From Clostridia bacterium (GTDB lineage: Bacteria; Bacillota; Clostridia; Oscillospirales; CAG-272): a DNA stretch of 64,000 bases. The DNA lies in assembly GCA_017508195.1 (NCBI GenBank), contig JAFVZL010000043.1, positions 33,657-97,656 of the forward strand, given 5' to 3'. The notes below the pieces were generated by a model. It was not told where the DNA came from and did not search any database. It saw only the letters and a list, made by a program, of their open reading frames with translations. The position numbers and the translations under genes are program-made. Below are positions 1 through 9,226 of the stretch, one piece after another; position 1 is the stretch's first letter; each line of letters starts with the position of its first letter.

Positions 1-693
1 GGTGCTAAAATTACGCTCGTTACGCGCAACGCAGAGAAAACCTTCACCTCAAAGCGTCCTCGTATGATGATATCCTCGGTTGCGGGTAAGATCAGCGACA
101 TTACCCTCAGCTCAACATACACCGAAAAGAATCCCGAGCTCTCCCTTGGAATCATGGTTATGACAACTGCCCACCTCAGAATACTTATCGAGGAGGCTCA
201 GGCGTATAACCTCAATAGCCTTACAGGTATCCTTCAGCGCAACTTCAAGACCCAAAATTATAGGACATATAACTACAAGGGCTACGTTGCAAGCGTATCG
301 AGCTTCCTTGACTACTACCGTCATTCCATTGAGCTTGCAAAAAACGAAAAAGCCAGAGCATCACTCCTATGGCATAAAGAAGCCCCCATATTCACAAGAG
401 TTCACAACTCCTCTCCCGTAATCTATAAGAGCACTGCAAAGGTAGAGGGCTCTATGATCGCAGATGACTGCGTTATAGAGGGTACCGTAATCAACTCGGT
501 CATCTTCCGTGGTGTGCACGTTGAACGCGGAGCTGTTGTAAAGAATTCGGTTCTTTTCAGCGGAACATACGTAGGAAAGAACGCACAGCTTAACTGTATC
601 GTCACTGACAAGGACGTATTTATAAGCGACGGTGTTACTCTTTCGGGTAACGAAAACATGCCGTTCTACGTTCAGAAAAGACGTAAGGTTTAA
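1..693 (+). CDS. glgD: Glucose-1-phosphate adenylyltransferase regulatory subunit GlgD, C-terminal part (5' end outside the window)
   Basis: Frame 1 is open from nt 1. The C-terminal left-handed beta-helix repeats (VINSVIFRGVHVERGAVVKNSVLFSGTYVG) are typical of GlgC/GlgD. The gene lies directly upstream of glgA, as in Firmicute glgCDAP operons. Confidence 0.7.
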   Translation, partial: GAKITLVTRNAEKTFTSKRPRMMISSVAGKISDITLSSTYTEKNPELSLGIMVMTTAHLRILIEEAQAYNLNSLTGILQRNFKTQNYRTYNYKGYVASVSSFLDYYRHSIELAKNEKARASLLWHKEAPIFTRVHNSSPVIYKSTAKVEGSMIADDCVIEGTVINSVIFRGVHVERGAVVKNSVLFSGTYVGKNAQLNCIVTDKDVFISDGVTLSGNENMPFYVQKRRKV

Positions 694-719
694 AGAAAAA
701 TCTAAATTAAAGGATCCAT

Positions 720-2138
720 ATGAAAATAGTATATCTTGCCAGTGAAGTGGCACCCTTTGCTACAAGCGGTGGACTAGGTGATGTTATGTCTGCACTCCCT
801 GCCGCAATAGCTAAAAATACCGACAACACCGTTAAGGTTATAGCTCCGTTACACTCTACGATGAAGGCTTGCTATAAGGAGAATCTTGAACACGTGTGCG
901 ATATCTCCTTCAATCTCTCGTGGAGAGAGACCGGAGCATCAGTCTATAAATACTCAATGGACGGTGTTGATTATCTTTTCCTTGATAATCACTACTACTT
1001 CGACAGATCGAAGCTCTACGGAGAGTATGACGATGCTGAAAGGTACGCCTTTTTCTCTAAAGCGGCAATAGAGTACTTCAAGCAGTCGGGTGATATCCCT
1101 GACATTCTCCACGCAAACGATTGGCAGGCGGCAACCGCGATCATTTATCTCAAAACCGCATACGCATACGATGAGTCGCTATCGGGAATAAAGACCGTGT
1201 TCACTATTCACAATATCGAGCATCAGGGCAAGTTTAATCCCTACATCCTCGGTGACGTTTACGGCCTCGGCACAGAGCATCTAGGAATAGTCGAGTTTGC
1301 CGGCTGCATCAATCTTTTGAAGGGCGCTCTCGTCTGTGCAGACTATATAACTACCGTAAGCCCGACCTATGCAAATGAGCTTGAGTACGATTTCTATGCA
1401 TTTGGACTTGCAGACATTGTGAAATCTGTAAGACATAAAATGAACGGTGTTATTAACGGCATTGACTATAACTACTTCTCACCCAACGGGGATAAGGAGA
1501 TATTCAAGCCTTATACAAAGCGCACCGTAAGATCGGGCAAAGCAAAAAACAAGCTCGCCCTTTGCGAAAAGCTCGGACTCGATACCTCGGAGGATATTCC
1601 GCTGCTTGTGATGATAACGAGGCTTGCGACTCAAAAGGGCATAGATCTTTTCTTACACGTAGCAGATGAAATTCTGAACGATCGCATTCAAGTAGTTGTT
1701 CTCGGTACAGGTGAAGAGAAGTACGAGAACGCTCTTCGTGAGCTAGAGGCAAGGCATAATAACTTCAGAGCTCTGATTCAGTTTGACAGAAAGCTCTCGA
1801 AGCAGCTTTACGCAGCCGCCGACCTATTCCTGATGCCCTCGAAATTCGAGCCATGCGGTCTTGCACAGATGATATCTTGCTCATACGGAACACTTCCGAT
1901 AGTAAGACTCGTTGGCGGTCTTAAGGATACGATCATCCCTTATCCGTTCGATAACTCAAACGGCTTCGGCTTTGACAACTATAACGCTCACGATATGCTG
2001 GCAACCATCAAATACGCACAAGATGTATATAAAAACGAGAATGAATGGCACGCATTAAGAAAACGAGCCATAGCGAGCGACTTCACTTGGGATAAATCTG
2101 CCGGCGATTACATGGCAATTTACAGCAATTTAATATAA
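720..2138 (+). CDS. glgA: Glycogen synthase (ADP-glucose type)
   Basis: N-terminal signature KIVYLASEVAPFATSGGLGDV (KxGGL motif). 472 aa, in glycogen-operon context. Confidence 0.93.
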   Translation: MKIVYLASEVAPFATSGGLGDVMSALPAAIAKNTDNTVKVIAPLHSTMKACYKENLEHVCDISFNLSWRETGASVYKYSMDGVDYLFLDNHYYFDRSKLYGEYDDAERYAFFSKAAIEYFKQSGDIPDILHANDWQAATAIIYLKTAYAYDESLSGIKTVFTIHNIEHQGKFNPYILGDVYGLGTEHLGIVEFAGCINLLKGALVCADYITTVSPTYANELEYDFYAFGLADIVKSVRHKMNGVINGIDYNYFSPNGDKEIFKPYTKRTVRSGKAKNKLALCEKLGLDTSEDIPLLVMITRLATQKGIDLFLHVADEILNDRIQVVVLGTGEEKYENALRELEARHNNFRALIQFDRKLSKQLYAAADLFLMPSKFEPCGLAQMISCSYGTLPIVRLVGGLKDTIIPYPFDNSNGFGFDNYNAHDMLATIKYAQDVYKNENEWHALRKRAIASDFTWDKSAGDYMAIYSNLI

Positions 2139-2152
2139 CGATAGGAAATCAA

Positions 2153-4624
2153 ATGGTGAACCAGGTAAATTCAGAATTTAACTATAATGCAAAAGAAGAA
2201 ATAACCAAGCAAGGACTTCGCGAAAGGATTGAAGCAAAGCTTGTTACCCGTGGAATTACAGATCCGCGTAAGGCCTCGACTGAGCAGATCTATAATGCTA
2301 CGGTTAATGCGATCAAGGATATAATGGTCGAATACAGAGCAGCCTTCAAAAAGCGTGCACGCGCGGCAAAGGGCAAGAAAATATGTTACCTTTGCATGGA
2401 GTTCCTCGTTGGAAGAGCATTAAAAAACAACGCTATGAATCTCGGTATATACGAGGATCTTTGTGAGATACTCGCAGACTTTGGAACCTCGTTCGATAAG
2501 GTCTACGCCTGCGAGGTCGATCCCGGTCTCGGTAACGGCGGTCTAGGCAGACTCGCTGCATGCTTCATGGACTCTCTTTCCGCCGAAGACTATTACGCAA
2601 ACGGCTACTCGCTTCTTTATGAAAACGGTCTTTTCAAGCAGAAGATAGTTGACGGAGAGCAGGTCGAGCTTGTTGATGAATGGCTACCGTCGGGTGGTGT
2701 TTGGCTCGTTCCTCATCCCGAGCGCGCTCTTACGGTTAAGCTTGGCGGAAAGCTTGAGGAGCGTTGGGATAACGGAAGACTCAGCATCTCGCACTACGAT
2801 TACGATGAAGTGAAGGCGGTTCCTTACGATCTTCTCATTCCCGGAACTAACACCGATGCAGTCAATGTTATCAGACTCTGGCGCGCACGCAGAGCACACA
2901 TGTCCTTTGCTACCCCCTCAAGACAGTCGGGATATATTTCCGCCATGTCATCAAATAACGCAGAGGAAATAACAAGACAGCTATATCCCGCAGACAACTA
3001 TGATGAGGGTAAGCTTTTAAGACTTACACAGCAGTATTTCCTTGTCAGTGCATCGCTCCAGAATATTATCAACGATTATCTCGCTGAGCACGGCTCTCTC
3101 CATGGCTTCGAGGACAACATCTCAATTCATATCAATGATACGCACCCTGCGCTTGCTATCCCCGAGCTTATGCGTATTCTTATGGACGTGTATTCCTATT
3201 CATGGGATGATGCCTGGTCTATCGTTGTAAAGACTATATCCTACACGAATCATACGGTTCTTCCCGAGGCGCTTGAGTGCTGGAGAGTAGAGCTCTTCGC
3301 AATGAAGCTTCCCAGAATATTCAATATCGTAAACGAGATCAACAGACGCTTCACGCAGGATCTGTGGAACCTCTATCCCGGTGACTGGGACAGAATTTCA
3401 GAGATGTCCATTGTCGCTTACAATCAGGTGAGAATGGCAAATCTTTCCATCGTTGGCTCTCACCATGTAAACGGTGTTTCTGCACTTCACAGTGAAATTC
3501 TGAAAAAGACCATATTCCATAACTTCTACAAGCTCTCTCCCTATAAGTTCACCAATGTGACAAACGGAGTTGCGCACCGCAGATGGCTTTGTTACTCTAA
3601 CCCCAAGCTTTGCGCGCTTCTTGACGAGCTTATTGGCGGTTCTTATCGCGAGGATCTCTCCGATCTTATTAAGCTCGCTGATTTCAAGAACGATTCTGAG
3701 GTGCTCGAAAAGATAGCCGGTATCAAGCATTATAACAAGGAATCATTCTCTTATTACGCATTTGAGAAGTGCGGAAGAAGACTCGATCCCGATTCTATCT
3801 TCGACGTGCAAATAAAGAGAATGCACGAATACAAGAGACAGCTCCTTAACGTTCTTAAGATCATAGCTATCTATAATGAAATACTTGACAACCCGAATGC
3901 AGATATCCCCCCGCAGACCTTTATCTTCGGATGCAAAGCTGCGCCCGGATACGTTATGGCAAAGAAGCTTATAAAGCTTGTCTGGTTCTTGTCCAAGGAG
4001 CTCGAGAGCAACCCGCTCACTAAGGATAGGATCAAGGTTGTATTCATGGAAGAGTACAACGTATCTCTTGCAGAGGTGCTTATCCCTGCTGCCGATATCT
4101 CCGAGCAAATTTCTCTTGCCGGAAAGGAAGCAAGCGGAACGGGCTGTATGAAGCTTATGATGAACGGTGCCGTGACACTCGGCACAATGGACGGTGCAAA
4201 CGTCGAGATCTGTGAGGCGGTCGGACGCGATAACATCTACATCTTCGGACTTAATTCGAAGGAAGTGGATTCCGCTTGGCGCGCAGGCTACTGTGCGAGA
4301 GACTACTATCATGCATCTCCCGTTCTTAAGCGAGTTGTCGACAGGCTTTATTCTCCCATAGGCGGAGAAGACTTCTCTCATATAGCAGATTATCTTATCA
4401 ACCCCGGTTACGGAATAGCAGATCCATTTATGTGCCTCGCCGACTTTGATTCATATATGAATGCATACAGAAGCGCGGTAAGCGACTTTGGAAACAGAGA
4501 AAAGTGGGCGGCAATGTCGCTTATGAATACTGCTACAAGCGGAATATTCTCGTCTGACAACAGTATTAACAAGTACGCATCCGAGATCTGGCACGCAACT
4601 CCCATTTCAAAAATTTTACTTTAA
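2153..4624 (+). CDS. glgP: Glycogen/maltodextrin phosphorylase
   Basis: 823 aa. Pyridoxal-phosphate site EASGTGCMKLMMNGA, and GLGNGGLGRLAACF near the N-terminus. Confidence 0.93.
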   Translation: MVNQVNSEFNYNAKEEITKQGLRERIEAKLVTRGITDPRKASTEQIYNATVNAIKDIMVEYRAAFKKRARAAKGKKICYLCMEFLVGRALKNNAMNLGIYEDLCEILADFGTSFDKVYACEVDPGLGNGGLGRLAACFMDSLSAEDYYANGYSLLYENGLFKQKIVDGEQVELVDEWLPSGGVWLVPHPERALTVKLGGKLEERWDNGRLSISHYDYDEVKAVPYDLLIPGTNTDAVNVIRLWRARRAHMSFATPSRQSGYISAMSSNNAEEITRQLYPADNYDEGKLLRLTQQYFLVSASLQNIINDYLAEHGSLHGFEDNISIHINDTHPALAIPELMRILMDVYSYSWDDAWSIVVKTISYTNHTVLPEALECWRVELFAMKLPRIFNIVNEINRRFTQDLWNLYPGDWDRISEMSIVAYNQVRMANLSIVGSHHVNGVSALHSEILKKTIFHNFYKLSPYKFTNVTNGVAHRRWLCYSNPKLCALLDELIGGSYREDLSDLIKLADFKNDSEVLEKIAGIKHYNKESFSYYAFEKCGRRLDPDSIFDVQIKRMHEYKRQLLNVLKIIAIYNEILDNPNADIPPQTFIFGCKAAPGYVMAKKLIKLVWFLSKELESNPLTKDRIKVVFMEEYNVSLAEVLIPAADISEQISLAGKEASGTGCMKLMMNGAVTLGTMDGANVEICEAVGRDNIYIFGLNSKEVDSAWRAGYCARDYYHASPVLKRVVDRLYSPIGGEDFSHIADYLINPGYGIADPFMCLADFDSYMNAYRSAVSDFGNREKWAAMSLMNTATSGIFSSDNSINKYASEIWHATPISKILL

Positions 4625-4636
4625 TCGAGGAATGAA

Positions 4637-6532
4637 ATGATCAGCTCACGATTACGCCTTTCTCAGACGGGATCCATCGGTAAGCTTCGGTATAAAAAGG
4701 GAAGAGCTCTTACAGCCTCCGGTACTTTTCTATTCGGAGAGACCATCAATATAGAGCTCTTTATTCCACGCTCTCTCGGCGTCACCGATACAAGGCTCGT
4801 CCTGTTTTCGGAAGACGGGAACGAGATCCTCAAAGTATGCGGAAGTTGGACGGGACCGTGCTCTGGCGATGACGTTTATCTCTACAAGATCGGCAAGAGC
4901 CGTCTCGTTGCAGGATTGTATTTTTACACAGTTGAGCTTAACTCTCAGTGCGGTATTGTATATGCACATCCCGCACCAAACGGCGTAGCGTTTTCGCCCG
5001 ATCCCGGCTGCTCAAGATTTCAGATAACAGTAAGTGATTTTAAATATAATACTCCATCCATCTCTGACGGAGTTATATATCACATTTTTGTCGATCGCTT
5101 CAACAGAGGCGGAAAAATAACGCGCCCCGACGGTGCGGTTTACGTCGACGATTGGTCGTATGGTATACCGGAGTATCCTTTATATCCGGGTGCTCCGCTT
5201 AAAAACAATACGTTTTATGGCGGAACGCTGTACGGAATTATAAAGAAGTTGCCGTATATTGCCTCTCTCGGTACCAGTGCAATATATCTCAGTCCGATAT
5301 TTGAGTCTGTATCGAACCATAAATATGATACGGCAGATTATATGCGCGTAGATCCTATGTTCGGTGGAGATAAAGCTTTAAAAAAGCTTATAGATGCGGC
5401 ATCTGAATACGGTATTTCCATAATTCTTGACGGAGTGTTCAATCATACGGGCAGCGATAGCAGATATTTTAACCGTTACAGCCGATACGATAGCATCGGT
5501 GCATACAATTCAATGGAATCGCCCTACTATTCCTGGTATGATTTCAAGCGATACCCGGACGATTACACTTCTTGGTGGGGCATCGAGATTCTCCCAAGAA
5601 TAAACCCCGATGAGCCATCCTGCCGCAGCTTCTTCGTAGGGGAGCACGGTGTAATAGAAAAATATTCTAAAATGGGAATCGGAGGATTTCGATTAGACGT
5701 TGTCGATGAGCTTTCAGATGGATTTGTTAAAGATATCAAATCTAAATTAAATGAGCATAATCCTAACTCGGTTTTGTATGGCGAGGTATGGGAGGATGCT
5801 TCCAACAAAATAGCTTACGATAAACGCAAAACATATTACTTGGGTGACGAGCTTGACGGTGTCATGAATTACCCGTTAAGACGGGGCATTATCGCATTTC
5901 TTTGCGGAAAAGGTTCCGATCTGCTCAAATATGCTCTTACTGATATAGTCAACAACGCACCGGAGCGAATCAGAAATATGCAGATGAACCTTCTCGGTAC
6001 ACACGATACCGATCGTATTCTGACGGTGCTTGGCGGAGAAAGCCCCGACGGGAAAGATAACGCATACCTCAGAGATAAGCGCATGACCCCCGAAGAACGT
6101 GCAAAAGGAATACAAAAGCTTAAGATGGCATATACGATGCTGGCGACTCTGCCCGGCATACCGGTAATTTTTTACGGCGATGAGGCAGGACTTGAGGGCT
6201 ATCACGACCCATTCAACAGGATGCCGTATCCGTGGGGTAACGAGGAAGCATCTCTTGTTTGTCACTATCAAAAACTCGGTGAAATCAGACGTTCAAGCAA
6301 CGCATTCTCATCGGGAAGCTTCGAGCTTTTACATATTGACGATGAGCTTGTTGTGTTTAAACGAAATTCGGGACGCGACGTATTTATCACTATTATCAAC
6401 AACAGCAAAAAGAGAATCAATGTTCGCGCATCTGCAAAAATTAAGCCTCAGATATCAACTGATATGTATGTTGATGCAGGTTCAGCAGAGATATTTAAAA
6501 CACCGCGAAAAGCATATTTTTACTTGGATTAG
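4637..6532 (+). CDS. GH13 alpha-amylase family glycosidase (neopullulanase/cyclomaltodextrinase-like)
   Basis: All four GH13 conserved regions are visible: DGVFNHTG, GGFRLDVVDE, GEVWED, LLGTHDTDR. It is the last gene of the glycogen cluster. Confidence 0.85.
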   Translation: MISSRLRLSQTGSIGKLRYKKGRALTASGTFLFGETINIELFIPRSLGVTDTRLVLFSEDGNEILKVCGSWTGPCSGDDVYLYKIGKSRLVAGLYFYTVELNSQCGIVYAHPAPNGVAFSPDPGCSRFQITVSDFKYNTPSISDGVIYHIFVDRFNRGGKITRPDGAVYVDDWSYGIPEYPLYPGAPLKNNTFYGGTLYGIIKKLPYIASLGTSAIYLSPIFESVSNHKYDTADYMRVDPMFGGDKALKKLIDAASEYGISIILDGVFNHTGSDSRYFNRYSRYDSIGAYNSMESPYYSWYDFKRYPDDYTSWWGIEILPRINPDEPSCRSFFVGEHGVIEKYSKMGIGGFRLDVVDELSDGFVKDIKSKLNEHNPNSVLYGEVWEDASNKIAYDKRKTYYLGDELDGVMNYPLRRGIIAFLCGKGSDLLKYALTDIVNNAPERIRNMQMNLLGTHDTDRILTVLGGESPDGKDNAYLRDKRMTPEERAKGIQKLKMAYTMLATLPGIPVIFYGDEAGLEGYHDPFNRMPYPWGNEEASLVCHYQKLGEIRRSSNAFSSGSFELLHIDDELVVFKRNSGRDVFITIINNSKKRINVRASAKIKPQISTDMYVDAGSAEIFKTPRKAYFYLD

Positions 6533-6556
6533 TTATTTAAAGCGAGGCAGTTTACA

Positions 6557-7069
6557 ATGATATTCACTTTGATCGGTATGCCCGGAGCGGGCAAATCATG
6601 TATGGGCAGATCAGTTTCCGGCAAGCTTAAGCTTCCTCTTATCGACTCTGATAAGCTTATTGAAAAACGATATGGAAAAAAGCTGCAGCTCATTCTGGAT
6701 GAGCTCGGCGTTGATGAATTCAGGCGTGTCGAAGAGGAGGTTCTCCTCAGCTTAAAGCTTCCTGAAGGTGAGCACGCTATCCTCTCGACGGGAGGCAGCG
6801 CAGTATACTCGAAACGCGCAATGGATTACCTTCGCACTCAAGGAAAGGTGATTTACCTCTATTGCAGTTGTAAGACTATTCTCGAGCGAATTGATAATCC
6901 CGATGACAGAGGTATCGTTTTAAAGCCCGGACAGACACTCACCGATCTTTACTACGAGCGCAAACCTCTTTATGAGGCTGCATCAGATATTACGGTTTCA
7001 TGTGACGGCAGAGCTTATCCCAGGTATCAGCGCGACCTTATGGAAGCTATCAAGCCATACATTCAATAG
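6557..7069 (+). CDS. aroK: Shikimate kinase
   Basis: 170 aa. Walker A GMPGAGKS followed by the shikimate-kinase-like pattern GRSVSGKLKLPLIDSDKLIE. Confidence 0.8.
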   Translation: MIFTLIGMPGAGKSCMGRSVSGKLKLPLIDSDKLIEKRYGKKLQLILDELGVDEFRRVEEEVLLSLKLPEGEHAILSTGGSAVYSKRAMDYLRTQGKVIYLYCSCKTILERIDNPDDRGIVLKPGQTLTDLYYERKPLYEAASDITVSCDGRAYPRYQRDLMEAIKPYIQ

Positions 7070-7113
7070 TCTGCATACTACTGACAAGCACCGACGTATA
7101 GTCGGTGCTTATA

Positions 7114-8235
7114 TTATTTTCTGATTTTTTTTAATGTTTCGCTGAATCTATCGAGCTCATTCTCATTATTCATGATCGAGAGCGAAACGCGTACAAGACC
7201 GCTTTTTTCTGTTCCAAGCCTCTTGTGAACGAGCGGAGCGCAATGTAAACCACTTCTTGTAGCTATCCCATATTCATCAAGCATAACGGACAGACGCGAG
7301 GGTGATATACCGCGCAGAGAAAAACTTGCGATACCATTATTACAACCATATATGTCCGCGTCGTTCATAACCAAAACGTCCTTCAGCAAAGAAGTCAGCG
7401 ATTCAATTTTTTTCTTGATGTTCTCTTCACCCAAAGAAGTTATAAATTTTATTCCGGCGCCGAGCGATACAATTGCCGGAGTATTAAGCGTTCCTGCCTC
7501 AAATCTCTCGGGAAGATATTCGGGCATTTCACTGTTAAAGGTATCAGAGCCACCTCCTCCATCAACAAGAGTAGGGAAGTTAAGTCCATCCCTTACATAC
7601 ATGAATCCCGAACCCTGTATGCCAAAAAGAGCCTTATGTCCCGGTGCACACAGAACATCTATCGGTGTTTTTTTCACGTTTACCGAGAAATGTCCAATAT
7701 ACTGTGACGCGTCGATTATTAGTTTTATACCTCTTTCACTTGCAATTTCAGATAGTGATTCAATATCGGTCACCCGCCCCGTGACGTTGGAGGCTATGCT
7801 TGTTACTATGAACTCCGTATCGTCTCTGATGACTTCTGTGATGCTTTCTCTGATTGAGTTATCGCTTCTATAACTTGATATCTCACATCCATACTCTCGC
7901 TGTGCACGATATAGCGGTCTCAAAACCGAATTATGCTCTAAATCCGATGTTATAACATGACATTTATGATTTACAAGACCTCGTATTGCGGTGTTCAACG
8001 CATATGTTGCATTGGTTTCAAAAACAATGCGATCCGCAAGTTCACATCCGATGAATTCCGAGATAAGCTCTCGCACCTCATATACAGCTTCTGAAGATCG
8101 TAATGCCATTCTGTGCGTGCTTCGGCCGGGATTTGCGCAGTATCGCTCAACACATTCAAACAAAGCCTGCTTAACCTCTTCAGGCTTTGGATAAGTTGTG
8201 GCGGCGTTATCAAAATAAATATAACCCGAGTTCAC
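7114..8235 (-). CDS. Class V aminotransferase, cysteine desulfurase / selenocysteine lyase-like
   Basis: N-terminus YFDNAATTYPKP and PLP-lysine region APGHKALFG. 373 aa. Confidence 0.8.
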   Translation of the reverse strand: MNSGYIYFDNAATTYPKPEEVKQALFECVERYCANPGRSTHRMALRSSEAVYEVRELISEFIGCELADRIVFETNATYALNTAIRGLVNHKCHVITSDLEHNSVLRPLYRAQREYGCEISSYRSDNSIRESITEVIRDDTEFIVTSIASNVTGRVTDIESLSEIASERGIKLIIDASQYIGHFSVNVKKTPIDVLCAPGHKALFGIQGSGFMYVRDGLNFPTLVDGGGGSDTFNSEMPEYLPERFEAGTLNTPAIVSLGAGIKFITSLGEENIKKKIESLTSLLKDVLVMNDADIYGCNNGIASFSLRGISPSRLSVMLDEYGIATRSGLHCAPLVHKRLGTEKSGLVRVSLSIMNNENELDRFSETLKKIRK

Positions 8236-8441
8236 TGTATCAGTCTGTAGCTTACCGATGCTCGTCTTAGTACCGCCACCGCCTCAAGCAGCAGTATCTC
8301 GCTTATTTCGAGCGAATATGTGCACCCAAAGTCCGAATCTATTTCATCAAGTCTGACCAACCTTGACGATATTCCCGCACGTCTCAAAAGCTTGCGTGCT
8401 TTCATTGCGCTTGTTATACTTTCGAAACCGAAAACAACCAT
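8232..8441 (-). CDS. DUF3343-like small protein (putative Se/S carrier-like)
   Basis: The MVVFGFESITSAMKARKLLRRAGISSRLV pattern resembles DUF3343. The internal ATG at 8441 follows GGAGGGAGG. There is a 4-nt overlap with the downstream aminotransferase. Confidence 0.6.
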   Translation of the reverse strand: MVVFGFESITSAMKARKLLRRAGISSRLVRLDEIDSDFGCTYSLEISEILLLEAVAVLRRASVSYRLIQ

Positions 8442-8604
8442 ATTCAAGCCTCCCTCCTTCCTTTCAGAACCGTTACATAATATCATTTTATGTAGAAAGT
8501 GGAAAAAGTTGTTGTTATTTTAAAATTATCATAGACTTTTCATGTTTGATGTGGTATAATATCTTTGTTATTCTATAACAAAGCGTAATTTCGGACGGTA
8601 TAAA

Positions 8605-9216
8605 ATGCTAAAGATACATACTCTTTTTCCGAGAGGATATTTCGGTGCAAACTGTTATCTTGTAAACTCGCAGGACGAATGGGCAGTAATCGACCCATCG
8701 GTGAGCATGGAGGAAGCTGTGAAAGCATATCCGGAAGCCGAGGGGAAAATAAAGTATATCCTTATTACACACGCTCATTTTGATCACATCTGCAATATAG
8801 ATAGCTGGTGTAAGGATGGTGCCATTGTCATTGTCGGAGAGCTCGATGCGCCCGCGCTGAGCGATCCTCAAACTAACTGCTATCTTGGCTTTCTCGGTGT
8901 AAGAGGTGGATATTTCGGAGAATATACCACCGTGAGAGAAGGCGACACGCTGACTCTTGGTGACGAAAACTTTTCCGTAGTATTTACTCCGGGACATACC
9001 AAAGGCGGAGTATGTTATAAATTCCGTCAGGGCATTTTTGTCGGAGATACTCTTTTCGCTGACGGCGGATACGGCAGATGCGACCTCCCGGGAGGAAACG
9101 AGGATGATCTCTGGTCCTCGATATTCAAGCTTTTTTCCGAAAATATGATCGGCAGATTTTATCCCGGTCACGGAAATTGCGATACCTTTGAAAATTCAAT
9201 TAACTACTTTAAATAA
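8605..9216 (+). CDS. MBL-fold metallo-hydrolase (glyoxalase II-like)
   Basis: HxHxDH motif (ITHAHFDHI), a second metal site TPGHTKG, and a C-terminal PGHG. Confidence 0.8.
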   Translation: MLKIHTLFPRGYFGANCYLVNSQDEWAVIDPSVSMEEAVKAYPEAEGKIKYILITHAHFDHICNIDSWCKDGAIVIVGELDAPALSDPQTNCYLGFLGVRGGYFGEYTTVREGDTLTLGDENFSVVFTPGHTKGGVCYKFRQGIFVGDTLFADGGYGRCDLPGGNEDDLWSSIFKLFSENMIGRFYPGHGNCDTFENSINYFK

Positions 9217-9226
9217 GAGGTTAAAA

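Noticed and set aside
8487-9226. T-box leader for glnS
   Set aside because: glnS starts 10 nt after the stop of the preceding MBL-hydrolase gene. The leader upstream of that gene is about 45 nt. There is no specifier-loop or T-box sequence.
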